Source: Alphaproteobacteria bacterium
GTDB taxonomy: Bacteria; Pseudomonadota; Alphaproteobacteria; UBA828
Length of the DNA stretch: 64,000 nucleotides
Reading direction: 5' to 3'
Assembly (NCBI GenBank): GCA_965237415.1
Contig: CBDEFM010000001.1
Location: 128,001 to 192,000, forward strand
Made by a program: the position numbers and the translations under genes. This document shows, piece by piece, positions 50,095 through 60,985 of the stretch (the stretch's first letter is position 1; each line of letters starts with the position of its first letter). Below the pieces are notes generated by a model. It was given only the letters and a program-made list of their open reading frames with translations. It was not told where the DNA came from and made no database searches.

Positions 50095-51327
50095 CTAAGC
50101 CAGGGTCGTCGGCGCCCTGCCTTCTTCCAGAGCGTCGAGGAACCCCTCGATCGACGCCTGCGGAATGTCGCGGGTTATGAACACGATCCGCGTGCGCCGG
50201 TCGTCGTCCGGCCAAGACTCGAGCCATTGGACCGGGTGGAAGAGATGTTGGACGCCATGGATGACGGCAGGCGTTTCGGGCCGTTCCGCGACGTTGACGA
50301 TGCCTTTGACCCGCAGCAGGTCGGCGCCGTTGCCGGCGATCAAGGACTCGAGAAAGAACCCGAAGGCCGCCCCGCTCACCGGTGCGTCGCGGACCACGCA
50401 ATAGGCGCGGATGCTGTCGTCGTGACGGTTCACGTCGCGGTGGTGATGATCATGGTCCGAGGCGGCACCCTGCGCAGCGAAACTCTCGTCCCGCAGCCAG
50501 CGCCCGACGTCGGCACTCTTGCTTTCTGCGTCGTATAACCCGATGCCGAACAGCATCGACGGATTCACCCGGCCGTTCTCCACGATACACATGGGGGCGC
50601 TCGGGTTGAGTGCTCGCAGGCGCGTGCAAAGCGCGTCGACGGAGGCCGGCGCGGCGAGGTCGGTCTTCGTCAGCAGCAGCCGGTCGGCCACGGCCGCCTG
50701 CTTCACCGACTCGCCGTGTGCGACGAGCGTCTCGGCTCCATTCACGCAGTCCACCGTGGTGACGACGCCGTCGAGGCGATAGACGGCGACGATCAAGCGA
50801 TCCCGCATCAGCGTGTGCAGGATGGGCGCCGGGTCGGCCAGCCCGGTGGTCTCGACGACGACGCGCGCGAAGGGTGGAACCGTGCCGTGCTTCCGGCGCC
50901 GGTAGAGATCTTGCAACGCGCCCAGCAGGTCGCCGCGTGCCGTGCAACAGAGGCAGCCGCCCTGCAGCTCGATGATGTCCTCGCTGGTTTTTCGGACCAG
51001 GGCGTGGTCGAGGCTGATCTCGCCGAACTCATTGATCACGACGGCGGTGTTGGCGAACGAAGGCTGGCCGAGCAGATGGGACAGCACGGTCCAGACTGTG
51101 TCAAAACGTCGGAGAATCGCTCGAAATGTGATTTCAGCCCATTGGTTGAATTTTCAGTGTTAATGAAATCAATGACTTAGCAGGCTGCACTTTTCAGAAA
51201 TCAAGCAGACTTACTCGAAAATCTGAATTCAATGACGTTTTCACACGGTCTGGGTCGTCTTGCCGCTGCCCAGGAAGCCGGTGATGACCGTCACCGGGAT
51301 CAGGTCCTCGGGTGCACGTTGCGGCAT
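50095..51327 (-). pseudogene. CobW/COG0523 metallochaperone GTPase disrupted by MITE C
   Basis: Removing 51092-51252 plus one GGTC restores ITGFLGSGKTTVL; GCLCC, ETTGLADP, His-rich linker, RVKG. Confidence 0.9.
51092..51252. mobile_element. 161-bp MITE, family C (IS1182-like ends)
   Basis: TIR CAGACTGTGTCAAAACGTC / CAGACCGTGTGAAAACGTC; 4-bp TSD GGTC; AT-rich core. Confidence 0.88.
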
Positions 51328-51374
51328 GGTTTGGGCCCGCTACCCGGCGCCTGGGCCTGCCAAACGCAAGACAC

Positions 51375-51884
51375 TCACCGCTCGTCCCCGTCATGCTGGA
51401 TGCCGCCCCAGACCTCGCCGGTCGCCTCCAGCGTGTTGATGACGATCGCGAGGAACATGTAGCCGATCAGCATCACATACTGGGTCGTCGCCGTCGGGCC
51501 GAACCAGATCAGCAGCATCGGCGCGATCGCGAGCGGCGGGATCGCCCGCATCACCTCGATCGGCGGCTGAATGAAGTCGCGGAACTGACGAATCCACCCC
51601 ATCACGAGGCCAACCCCGACGCCCATCGCGATGCCGATCACGCCGCCGATGCAGACGCGAACGATGGATGTCGTGATATGGGGCGTGATGCCCCCGGACC
51701 CGCCGCCCTGGGCAGCAATCTCGGGCGATTCGAAGAGAACATCGATCAGCCGCACGGCCACGGCATCGGGCGAAGGCAGGCGCGCCGGGCCGAGCCACTC
51801 GGCGAACCCCCACCAGGCGCCCAGGATGATCAGAAAGCCGTAGGTCTGGCGGACGTGAAAGCCTATGCGTCCCAGACGGATCAA
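51375..51884 (-). pseudogene. SsuC/TauC-type ABC permease, C-terminally truncated
   Basis: LPSP..V, RAIPPLAIAP.LLIWFG; ends before the EAA loop. Confidence 0.7.
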
Positions 51885-51948
51885 GGAGCGGCCGGACGGT
51901 CGGGCCGGGGCACCGCACGGCGCCCCGGCCCGTCCTCATACGCGGGGT

Positions 51949-52980
51949 CTAGGACCCGGACTCGTGTGCGGCCCACTCGACGGCCGCGCGGGCGAAGCGC
52001 CCGGCATCGTAGAAGTTGTAAATCGAGTCATGGAACTCGGCCTGCGCGAGCAGCTCGGCCGCCTTGGGCGTCGCGTCGGAAACCGCGGCCCGGGCCTCGC
52101 GGATCGCCGCCGCCGCGTCGACCTTGAGCGCCTGCATCTCGTGCCAGAACTCGATGGCGTAGGAGGCGTTGTCGGGCGTCCACTTGCCTGCTTCGAGGAC
52201 CTCCTGCTCCTCCCACAACTTGATGTGGGCGCCGGTGATGTTGGCGTAGTGCTCGGGGTTGGTCGAGCGATAGCGGTCCTCATACCACATCGCCTGATCC
52301 TCGAAGGGCACGAAGGGGTTGAGCTCGTCGTAGATGACCTCGACGTCCACCGGCGTGAGCGTAGACCCCATGATCGAGTTGAGGAAGTCCGTGTGCGTCG
52401 GGATCGTCTCCTGCGGCCTGTCGACCATCAGCCTGAGCGTCCGGTAGATCATGCTGGCGAAGCGATAGAGCGTCTCCTTGTTGTTCGCGTAGTAATCCCG
52501 CGTGGTCGCCCAGCCGTCGTGGAACACGGCCCGGAGCTCCTTGGAGTCCGGCGTGGCCGCCGCGAACTGCGAAATATGGAGCGACGTCATCACTGGCACG
52601 AAGCCTTCCAAGGTCATCGAGACGGGGCCAGGTGCCGAGCCGACGGCGAAGTCGGCACGACCGGAGATCATCTCGGCAACGATCTTCGAATCCGTGTCGA
52701 AGCTGTTGACCGTGATGTCATCCATGCTCATGCCGGCGCTTTCCAGCGCGATGGTGATGAAGCCGCGAATGCCGCCCTCGTTCAGAGTCGCCAGCGCCTT
52801 GCCGCGGAACTGCTCGGCGGTCGCCTTAATCGAGGCGGTGGGCTCCATGCCCTCGTCGATGAAATCGGTCACCGACTTGTAGCCCGCCTCGGGATCGACC
52901 ATGAAGCCGAAGCCCTGAAAGATGTCGCCGTGCATGAAATCGACGTAGTTCGAACTGCTCTGCGGCCCGGCCCCGCTCAT
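51949..52980 (-). pseudogene. SsuA/THI5-like ABC substrate-binding protein, probably N-terminally truncated
   Basis: ALESAGMS.DD......AEMISGRADF pattern; no signal peptide; upstream of permease. Confidence 0.55.
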
Positions 52981-53093
52981 TTCCCGTCTCTCGACGTCCC
53001 CTGCGCCCCGCAGGCTGGATATTCGCCAGGGCAGGGACTATGTAGTGTGCTGCAGCGCAGCATTGGCGCGCTTGAGGCGGGAGAACACAGAAC

Positions 53094-54281
53094 ATGATGG
53101 ATGATCCGATCGTCATCGTCGGCATGGCGCGCACGCCGATGGGCGGGTTTCAGGGCGCATTGAAGGACGCGCGGGCGCCGGAGCTCGGCTCGGCCGCGAT
53201 CGAAGCCGCGCTCAGCCGCGCCGGTGTCGCGGCGCACGATGTCGACGAAGTCATCATGGGCAACATCCTCTCGGCCGGCCAGGGGCAGGCACCGGCGCGC
53301 CAGGCCGCCATCGGCGCCGGCGTGCCCGAGCATGTGGGCTGCACCACCATCAACAAGATGTGCGGCTCCGGCATGAAGGCCACGATGTTCGCCCACGACC
53401 TGATCGCGGCGGGCTCCGGCGCGATCGTCGTCGCCGGCGGCATGGAGAGCATGACCAACGCGCCCTACCTGCTGGATCGCGCGCGGAGCGGCTACCGCAT
53501 GGGCCACGGCAAGGTGCAGGACCACATGTTCCTCGACGGGCTGGAGGATGCCTACGACAAGGGCACGCTGATGGGTCATTTCGCCGAGGAGACGGCGCGC
53601 ACCTACCAGTTCACCCGCGAGCAGCAGGACGAGTTCGCCATCACCTCGCTCACCCGCGCGAAGACGGCGATCGAGGACGGCTCCTTCGACGGCGAGGTCA
53701 CGCCGGTCACCGTCAAGCACCGCAAGGGCGAGACGGTCGTCGCCCAGGACGAGCAGCCCCTGACCGCCGATTTCGACAAGATCCCGACGTTGCGCCCGGC
53801 CTTCGCCAAGGACGGCTCGGTGACCGCCGCGAATTCCAGCTCGATCTCCGACGGCGGCGCGGCGCTGGTGCTCATGCGGCGCTCGGAGGCCGAGGCGCGC
53901 GGGCTCGCGCCCATCGCCCTCATCCACGGCCACGCGACCCATGCGCAGGCGCCCGCCTGGTTCACCACCGCGCCCGCACCGGCGCTCCGCAAGCTCTTCG
54001 AGAAGGTGGGCTGGGATGCCGACGACGTGGACCTCTTCGAGATCAACGAGGCCTTCGCGGTCGTCACCATGGCGGCGATGCGCGACCTGGACCTCCCCCA
54101 CGAGAAGGTGAACGTCCACGGCGGCGCCTGTGCGCTCGGCCATCCGGTCGGCGCCTCCGGCGCGCGTATCGTCATCACGCTCCTGGCAGCGCTGGAGAAG
54201 TACGACCTCGACAAGGGCGCAGCCGCGCTCTGCATCGGCGGCGGCGAAGCCACGGCACTCGCCGTCGAGCGCCTCCACTAG
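53094..54281 (+). CDS. Acetyl-CoA C-acyltransferase (thiolase)
   Basis: NKMCGSG, NEAF, GHPVGASG, LCIGGG. Confidence 0.95.
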   Translation: MMDDPIVIVGMARTPMGGFQGALKDARAPELGSAAIEAALSRAGVAAHDVDEVIMGNILSAGQGQAPARQAAIGAGVPEHVGCTTINKMCGSGMKATMFAHDLIAAGSGAIVVAGGMESMTNAPYLLDRARSGYRMGHGKVQDHMFLDGLEDAYDKGTLMGHFAEETARTYQFTREQQDEFAITSLTRAKTAIEDGSFDGEVTPVTVKHRKGETVVAQDEQPLTADFDKIPTLRPAFAKDGSVTAANSSSISDGGAALVLMRRSEAEARGLAPIALIHGHATHAQAPAWFTTAPAPALRKLFEKVGWDADDVDLFEINEAFAVVTMAAMRDLDLPHEKVNVHGGACALGHPVGASGARIVITLLAALEKYDLDKGAAALCIGGGEATALAVERLH

Positions 54282-54291
54282 GGCGGCTCCC

Positions 54292-54891
54292 ATGACGGGC
54301 GAGCGCGAGACCATTCCGGCCCGGCGCGGCCGGGCGCTTCGGCTTGGCGCGGGCGAGGCTCTGCGGCTCATCAACATCCATGGCACCCAGGTGGTGGACA
54401 CTTGGGCCTTCAACGTGAACGACATGGCCGAATGCATGTCGATGGAGCATTCCCGCGTCGCCATCGGCCATATCTTCCCCCGGCCCGGCGATACCATGGT
54501 CACCAACAAGCGCCGCCCCATCCTCACTCTGGTTGAGGACACCTCGCCCGGCGTTCACGACACGCTGATCGCCGCCTGCGACCGCTGGCGCTACATGCTG
54601 CTGGGCGCCGGCGACGACCACGACAACTGCGAGGACAATCTCCACGATGCGCTCGATGCGCTGGGCCTCAAGGCGCCGAAGACGCCGTCGCCCTGGAACA
54701 TGTGGATGAACATCCCCGTGGGCGCGGACGGCTCGGTCTCTTTCGAGCCGGGCGTGGCAAGCCCCGGCGATCACGTGGTGCTGCGGGCGGAGATGGACAT
54801 TGTGCTCGCCTTCTCCTGCTGCCCGCAGGACATCCTCCCCATCAACGGCGTCGCCTGCACGCCGGTCGATGCCGCCTTCGAGCGGCTCTGA
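54292..54891 (+). CDS. Urea carboxylase-associated family protein (DUF1989)
   Basis: GTQVVDTWAF, HDTL.AAC, NCEDN, SCCPQD. Confidence 0.85.
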   Translation: MTGERETIPARRGRALRLGAGEALRLINIHGTQVVDTWAFNVNDMAECMSMEHSRVAIGHIFPRPGDTMVTNKRRPILTLVEDTSPGVHDTLIAACDRWRYMLLGAGDDHDNCEDNLHDALDALGLKAPKTPSPWNMWMNIPVGADGSVSFEPGVASPGDHVVLRAEMDIVLAFSCCPQDILPINGVACTPVDAAFERL

Positions 54892-54902
54892 GGGCGAAGA
54901 CC

Positions 54903-56054
54903 ATGGCAGGGAACGGCATCTTCCTCACCGACGAGCAGCGCATGATCCGCGACATGGCGCGCGACTTCGCCGCCAACGAGCTCGCCCCCCATGCCGGCAA
55001 GTGGGACCTGAACGGCGGCTACCCCGACGACATTCTCCCCAGGATGGGCAAGCTCGGCCTGATGGGGATGCTGGTGCCGCCGGAATGGGACGGTGCGGGC
55101 ACGGACCACGTGGCCTACGCGCTCGCCATGGAGGAGATCGCGGCCGGCGATGTCGGCACGTCCACGGCGATGAGCGTTAACAACTCGCTGGTCTGCGCGG
55201 GCCTGATGGGCGCCGGCTCCGAGGAGCAGAAGGAGCGCTTCCTCCGCCCGCTGGCCCGCGGCGACATGCTCGGCTGCTTCTGCCTGACCGAGCCGCAGGC
55301 GGGCTCGGATGCGTCGGCGCTCAGGAGCCGCGCGGTGCCGGACGGCAACGGCTATCGGCTGAGCGGCACCAAGCAGTTCGTCTCCAGCGGCTCCAAGGCG
55401 GACCTCGCTCTGGTCTTCGCCGTGACCGACCCCGACGCCGGCAAGAAGGGGATCAGCTGCTTCCTGGTGCCGACCGAGTCCGAGGGCTACCGGGTCGCGA
55501 GCCACGAGACAAAGATGGGCCAGCGCGCCCACGACACCTGCCAGATCGTCTTCGAGGATGTGCGCCTCACGCCCGATCTCGTGCTGGGCGAGCCGGGACA
55601 AGGCTACGCCATCGCGCTCGGCAACCTCGAAGGCGGCCGCATCGGCGTCGCCGCCCAGGCCACCGGCGCCATGCGCGCGGCCTACGAGACTGCGCTCGCC
55701 TACGCCAAGGAACGCACGAGCTTCGGCAAGCCGCTGATCGAGCATCAGGCGGTGGGCTTCCGGCTCGCCGACATGGCGACGGAGATCGAGGCGGCGCGGC
55801 TGCTCACGCTGCAAGCTGCACGGCTGCGCGATGCCGGCGCGCCCTGCCTGAAGGAGGCCTCGATGGCCAAGCTCTTCGCGTCGGAGGCCGCCGAGCGGGT
55901 CTGCTCCAAGGCGATCCAGACCCTCGGCGGTTATGGATACCTGAGCGACTTCCCGGTCGAGCGCATCTACCGGGACCAGCGCGTCTGCACGATCTACGAA
56001 GGCACGAGCGACGTCCAGCGGCTGGTGATCAGCCGGGCGCTCGCGCGGGAGTAA
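54903..56054 (+). CDS. Acyl-CoA dehydrogenase (short/branched-chain type)
   Basis: FCLTEPQAGSD, GRIG, QTLGGYGY, IYEGTS. Confidence 0.93.
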   Translation: MAGNGIFLTDEQRMIRDMARDFAANELAPHAGKWDLNGGYPDDILPRMGKLGLMGMLVPPEWDGAGTDHVAYALAMEEIAAGDVGTSTAMSVNNSLVCAGLMGAGSEEQKERFLRPLARGDMLGCFCLTEPQAGSDASALRSRAVPDGNGYRLSGTKQFVSSGSKADLALVFAVTDPDAGKKGISCFLVPTESEGYRVASHETKMGQRAHDTCQIVFEDVRLTPDLVLGEPGQGYAIALGNLEGGRIGVAAQATGAMRAAYETALAYAKERTSFGKPLIEHQAVGFRLADMATEIEAARLLTLQAARLRDAGAPCLKEASMAKLFASEAAERVCSKAIQTLGGYGYLSDFPVERIYRDQRVCTIYEGTSDVQRLVISRALARE

Positions 56055-56060
56055 CGGGCG

Positions 56061-56663
56061 ATGAGCGACAGCATCGACTTCTACTTCGACTTCTCCTCGC
56101 CATACGGCTATCTCGCGACCGAGCGCATCGACGCCATCGCGTCGAAGCACGGGCGCACGGCGACGTGGCGGCCGATGCTGCTCGGTGCCGTATTCCAGAA
56201 GATCGGCGGGAGCCCCTTGGTCGACCAGCCGCTGAAGGGCCCCTACTCACGTCACGACATGCTACGCTCGGCGCGCCTTCACGGCATCGTCTTCAACGTC
56301 CCCGACAATTTCCCGGTCAACAGCATCGCCGCGTGTCGTGCCTTCTACTGGCTGGCCGAGAGTGACGCGGGCACTGCGCACGACCTCGCGCTCGCGCTCT
56401 ATCGCGGCTACTTCGTCGACAACCGCGACCTGAGCCGGCCGGAAACAGTGGTCGAAGCCGCACAGGCGCTGGGCGTCGACGGCGACGCGCTGGTGGCGGC
56501 GTTGCAGGATCAGGCGGTCAAGGACCGCCTACGCACCGAGAACGATGCGGCGCTCGAGCGCGGCGTCTTCGGCTCGCCCACCGTCTTCGTCGGCGACGAG
56601 ATGTTCTGGGGTCACGACCGACTGGAACAGATCGACCGCTGGCTCGAAACCGGCGGCTGGTAG
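56061..56663 (+). CDS. 2-hydroxychromene-2-carboxylate isomerase / kappa-GST family
   Basis: FYFDFSSPYGY; GVFGSPT...EMFWGHDRL. Confidence 0.88.
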   Translation: MSDSIDFYFDFSSPYGYLATERIDAIASKHGRTATWRPMLLGAVFQKIGGSPLVDQPLKGPYSRHDMLRSARLHGIVFNVPDNFPVNSIAACRAFYWLAESDAGTAHDLALALYRGYFVDNRDLSRPETVVEAAQALGVDGDALVAALQDQAVKDRLRTENDAALERGVFGSPTVFVGDEMFWGHDRLEQIDRWLETGGW

Positions 56664-56691
56664 CCGGGCAGCGGGAGCGCTTGCGCGCGGA

Positions 56692-57474
56692 TCAGTCGCC
56701 GGCGTTGGCCCCGAGCTTCACCTCGTCGTCGTAGACCCCTTCGGGAAGCGGCAGGCCGTCGAGTTCGGCGGCGCCCAGCGCACCATCAGGCGAAATCCCG
56801 CGCTGCTCCAGGAGCGCCATGAGCTGGCGGGCATGCTGGGCGGCGTGCCACGCCGTCCGCTCCAGCACGCGCTCCGTCGGGTGGATGCCGTAATAGGTGT
56901 CGAGCGTCCCGAGGCGCCCGGCATCGGCCGCGCGCCACCAGGCCTGGAGCGCGTCGCGCACGCTCTGGCCGTAGGCCGCGACCTGGGCAGCGCTCCGCAT
57001 GTCGGGGCCCGGCGTGCGCTCGAAATAGTCGAAGGTGAGCCGCGCGCCGTGGGCCGCATCGAGGAAGGCCGCCGGGATGACGAAGATGTGGTAGCCGAGA
57101 TCGAGGATAGTCCGCTCCCGGCCCGGCAGCCCCTCTTCCAGGTCGGCGGCGGGGAACTGGCCGAGATAGCGCTGCGCAGCGGCGAGGATCAGGTCGAGCT
57201 TTCGCACCAGCTCCGCCGGCGGCAGTTGCGCCCGGTCGAATTCGACGCCGATGAAGCGCGCGAGATCGCCCAGGTCCTGGGCGAAGACGAAGCGCTTCCC
57301 CTGCACCACAACCGGCACCGACTGGGCACCGAGGCCGGCGAGATCCTCCATCGCCTCCGGCCTGGCGCGGACGTTGATCGATTCGTAAGCGATTCCGCGC
57401 GTCGCCAGGAACTCCTTGGCCCGGAGACAGCTCGAACACCCCGGCTGCCAATACACCTTGAAATCATCTGCCAT
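56692..57474 (-). CDS. Glutaredoxin-domain + DinB-like domain protein
   Basis: WQPGCSSC...SVPVV Grx domain; C-terminal GYHIF and WHAAQHARQ. Confidence 0.7.
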   Translation of the reverse strand: MADDFKVYWQPGCSSCLRAKEFLATRGIAYESINVRARPEAMEDLAGLGAQSVPVVVQGKRFVFAQDLGDLARFIGVEFDRAQLPPAELVRKLDLILAAAQRYLGQFPAADLEEGLPGRERTILDLGYHIFVIPAAFLDAAHGARLTFDYFERTPGPDMRSAAQVAAYGQSVRDALQAWWRAADAGRLGTLDTYYGIHPTERVLERTAWHAAQHARQLMALLEQRGISPDGALGAAELDGLPLPEGVYDDEVKLGANAGD

Positions 57475-57509
57475 GACAGATCTCCCCGGCGGGCGGCGCG
57501 CCTGTGCGC

Positions 57510-58283
57510 CTATTCCGCCGTGTAGCCGCCATCGATCACCAGCTCGGTGCCGGTAATGAATTTCGCCTCGTCGGAGGCCAGATAGACCACCCCGTTGGCG
57601 ACATCGTTGGGCTCGCCGACGTGGCCCACCGGATGCAGCTTGCCGAACTCTCGCGGCCCTGCGGCGGCATCGCCGAACATGCGGATCGCCGTCTCGTCCA
57701 TCATAGGGGTCGCGATGAAGGCGGGGTGGATAGAGTTGACGCGGATGCCGCTGCCGTCACGGGCGCATTCAAGCGCCACGCACTTGGTGAAGTAGCGGAC
57801 CGCACCCTTCGACGCCGTGTAGGCCGCGAGATGCGCCGTGCCGACCATGCCGAGCACCGACGACATGTTGACGATGGAGCCGCCGCCGGAGCGGCGCATG
57901 GCGGAAATCGCGGTCCTGGTGCCGAGAAAGACCCCGTCTGCGTTGACCGCCATGATCCGCCGCCAAGTCTCGAGAGTGACTTCGGCGATCGGCTCGGCCC
58001 GGGTCGTTCCGGCATTGTTGAAGAGGATATCGAGGCGGCCGTGTTCCGACACCACGCTCTCGACCGTCGTCTGCCAGGCGGCCTCGTCGGTGACGTCGAG
58101 GGGGCGGAACCGGGCCGTGCCGCCTGCCGCGGTGATGGTCTCGGCCACCGCCTGGCCGCGGCCTTCGTCCCGCCCCGTCACCAGCACCGCCGCGCCTTCC
58201 TCGGCCATGCGCACCGCCGACGCGGCGCCGAGCCCGCTGGTCGCCCCGGTTACGATCGCCACCTTGCCTGCCAGTCTCGCCAT
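57510..58283 (-). CDS. SDR-family oxidoreductase
   Basis: TGATSGLG, NNAG, YTASK, IDGG. Confidence 0.93.
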   Translation of the reverse strand: MARLAGKVAIVTGATSGLGAASAVRMAEEGAAVLVTGRDEGRGQAVAETITAAGGTARFRPLDVTDEAAWQTTVESVVSEHGRLDILFNNAGTTRAEPIAEVTLETWRRIMAVNADGVFLGTRTAISAMRRSGGGSIVNMSSVLGMVGTAHLAAYTASKGAVRYFTKCVALECARDGSGIRVNSIHPAFIATPMMDETAIRMFGDAAAGPREFGKLHPVGHVGEPNDVANGVVYLASDEAKFITGTELVIDGGYTAE

Positions 58284-58401
58284 GGCTCGCCTCATACCCC
58301 ACGAGGGCATCGCATATGTCGCCCCCTGCATAACAAATGGGAGTAACATTGCGGACTATACTCCCGCAGGCGCCGCCTGCGTCTCAAAAGGTCGCACACC
58401 C

Positions 58402-60099
58402 ATGGCGGACGGGATGGGCGGTGTTGACGGCAACGCCTACCGGGCCGACCGGAATCTTCGGGCCCTCCTGCGCCGCAGCGCGCCCTGGCTCACCGAAGAG
58501 GACGCCGAACGGCTGAGCAGTTTCGGCGGCTGGGTGGCGACCGCCGTCGACGAACAGGCGGACTACACCAACCGCTTCGCGCCGCCGGTTCTCGAAACCC
58601 TGGATGAGGGCGGCCGCCCGCGCTCGGCGGTGCGCCACAATCCACTCTATGCGGCGGTTCACCGCGAGGTCTACGAGCGGGGCATCGTGGGGCTCAACTA
58701 CGGCCCAGAGCGGCGCCCCTACATGCTGACCTTCGCGATGGGCTATCTGCTCGCACAATCCGACATCTCGATTCACTGTCCTGTGACGCTCACCGGCGCC
58801 GTCGCCCACGTGCTCGACCGGTTTGCGCCGGAGGCGGTGCGCGACGCCCACCTGCCCGCGCTCGTGCGCATGGACGGCACGGCGGCGACCGGCGGCACCT
58901 GGGTCACCGAGAAGCAGGGTGGCAGCGACGTCGGCGCCACTGCGACCGTGGCGCGACGCACGAACGACGGTATCGTCCTCCGCGGGCTCAAGTGGTTCGC
59001 CAGCAATGTCGATGGCGGTCTCGCGCTCACCCTCGCCAGGCCGGAGGGTGCGGCGGGCGGCAGCGGCGGGCTGGGCCTCTATCTCGTGCCTGCGCGCGGG
59101 CCCGACGGGGCGCCCAACCGCTACCGGATCAGGCGACTGAAGGACAAGCTCGGCACCCGCGGGCTGGCGACCGGAGAGATCGAGCTGGAGGACGCCCACG
59201 CGGTGGAGGTGGCACCGCCGCCGGACGGACTCAGGACGATGATGGCGGCACTCGGCTACAGCCGCATCCACAACGCGATGGCTTCGGCCGGCATACAGCG
59301 GCGTGCCTTCGCCGAAGCGCTCGCACACGCCGAGACGCGCAGTGCCTTCGGTCAGCGCCTCATCGCCTACCCGATGGTGCAGGATCAGCTCGTCGAGATG
59401 CAGGTGCGGCTGGAGGCGAGCGTGGCGCTGGCCTTCGCCGCGGCGCGCGCGTTCGATGCGGCGCTGAGCAAGACGGATGAGCAGCCCTGGATGCGGCTCG
59501 TCACCGCGCTCGCCAAGTATCTCACGGCAGAGTGGGTGATTACCGCGACCAGCCGGGCGATCGAGATACTCGGCGGCAACGGCTACACCGAGGAATATCC
59601 GACGGCGCGCCTTTACCGCGATGCCCAGGTGCTTACCGTGTGGGAAGGGCCGCCCAACATCCAGGCGCTGGAGGTGCTGCGCCTCGCGGGCGCGGGATCG
59701 CCGGGCCTCGCGGCCTTCCACGCCCGGCTCGACACCATCCTCAACATGCCCTTCGCCGCCAACCATTCGGCCTTCGTGCGGGCACGCGCGCTCGTCTTTC
59801 AGGCCCGGCGGGAGGTGGCAGCGCTGGTGGCGCTCGTCCGAGACGACGAAGCCGAGGCGCAGCGCCAGGCGCACAGGCTGATGGACCGCATGGCCAAGGG
59901 TTTTGCTGCTGCCCTCCTGGTCGAGGAGGCGGCCACCGACTGGGGCGCGGGCGATGCACGAAAGGCCGTGGTCGCGCGCCACTTTGCCGCACAGGAGCTG
60001 GCGGCGCCGGAGCCGCCGAGACCGGGCGAAAGCGAGAGCCAGAGGTTTTTCCGCCCGCTCGCCGGATACGAGAGGATCGAAACCTCGCACCTGGACTGA
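58402..60099 (+). CDS. Acyl-CoA dehydrogenase, AidB-like
   Basis: CPVTLT, TEKQGGSDV, KWFASN, RLKDKLG, VWEG. Confidence 0.85.
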   Translation: MADGMGGVDGNAYRADRNLRALLRRSAPWLTEEDAERLSSFGGWVATAVDEQADYTNRFAPPVLETLDEGGRPRSAVRHNPLYAAVHREVYERGIVGLNYGPERRPYMLTFAMGYLLAQSDISIHCPVTLTGAVAHVLDRFAPEAVRDAHLPALVRMDGTAATGGTWVTEKQGGSDVGATATVARRTNDGIVLRGLKWFASNVDGGLALTLARPEGAAGGSGGLGLYLVPARGPDGAPNRYRIRRLKDKLGTRGLATGEIELEDAHAVEVAPPPDGLRTMMAALGYSRIHNAMASAGIQRRAFAEALAHAETRSAFGQRLIAYPMVQDQLVEMQVRLEASVALAFAAARAFDAALSKTDEQPWMRLVTALAKYLTAEWVITATSRAIEILGGNGYTEEYPTARLYRDAQVLTVWEGPPNIQALEVLRLAGAGSPGLAAFHARLDTILNMPFAANHSAFVRARALVFQARREVAALVALVRDDEAEAQRQAHRLMDRMAKGFAAALLVEEAATDWGAGDARKAVVARHFAAQELAAPEPPRPGESESQRFFRPLAGYERIETSHLD

Positions 60100-60203
60100 C
60101 CGCGACGCAGGGCCAGCGGCGGAATACGCCTATCCGGCCGCCGCCGCCGCATGCTATGTGCTGGGCCTGCCGCGGCGGGGCGCACACCACGGGAGCGAGG
60201 GCG

Positions 60204-60977
60204 ATGGAGGTCAACGGCAAGGAAATCGCGGTCGAGGAACACGGCGACGGTGACGCGGTTGTCATGGTCCACGGCCTCGGCGGTACCGGCAACAGTTGGT
60301 ACCCGCAGGTCGGCCCGCTCGCCCGGTTCTTCCGCGTCGTTCGCCTCGACCTCGAAGGTTCGGGCCGCTCGCCCGCCACGGGCGCCCTCTCCATTGCCTC
60401 CTTCGCCGCCGACGTGACCGCGGTGATGGATGCGCTCGATATATCCACCGCCCATCTCTGCGGCCACTCGATGGGCACGATCGTCTGCCAGCACATTGCC
60501 GCCGAGCACCCTGAGCGGGTGAAGAGCCTCGCGCTCTTGGGCCCGCTGGCCGAGCCGCCCGAACCCGCCCGCCAGGCGATCCGCGATCGCGCGGCCGTTG
60601 CGCGCAAGAACGGCATGGTGCCGATCGCCGATACCCTGGTGGAGGTCGCGATCTCGGCCGAGACCAGATCGCACCAGCCGGCGGCGGCGGCATTCGTGCG
60701 CGAGATCCTCATGCGCCAGGACGCCGAGGGCTACGCGCGGACCTGCGAGGCCCTTGCCGACGCGAGGAGCGCGGACCTCGCCAGCATCCGCTGCCCGACC
60801 CTGCTGGTGACGGGCGATGAGGACGGCGTCTCACCGCCGCCGGCGGTGAAGGCCCTGAGCAGCCGGATCTCCGGCTCCCGCGTCGCCGTGCTCCCCGGCT
60901 GCGGTCACTGGACCCCGATCGAGAAGCCGACCCAGGTCAACAGCGTGCTTCTCAACTTCTATTTCAGTTTCGGTTAG
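60204..60977 (+). CDS. Alpha/beta hydrolase (PcaD-like)
   Basis: HGLGG, GHSMG, GDED, CGHW. Confidence 0.88.
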   Translation: MEVNGKEIAVEEHGDGDAVVMVHGLGGTGNSWYPQVGPLARFFRVVRLDLEGSGRSPATGALSIASFAADVTAVMDALDISTAHLCGHSMGTIVCQHIAAEHPERVKSLALLGPLAEPPEPARQAIRDRAAVARKNGMVPIADTLVEVAISAETRSHQPAAAAFVREILMRQDAEGYARTCEALADARSADLASIRCPTLLVTGDEDGVSPPPAVKALSSRISGSRVAVLPGCGHWTPIEKPTQVNSVLLNFYFSFG

Positions 60978-60985
60978 GCCGACCT

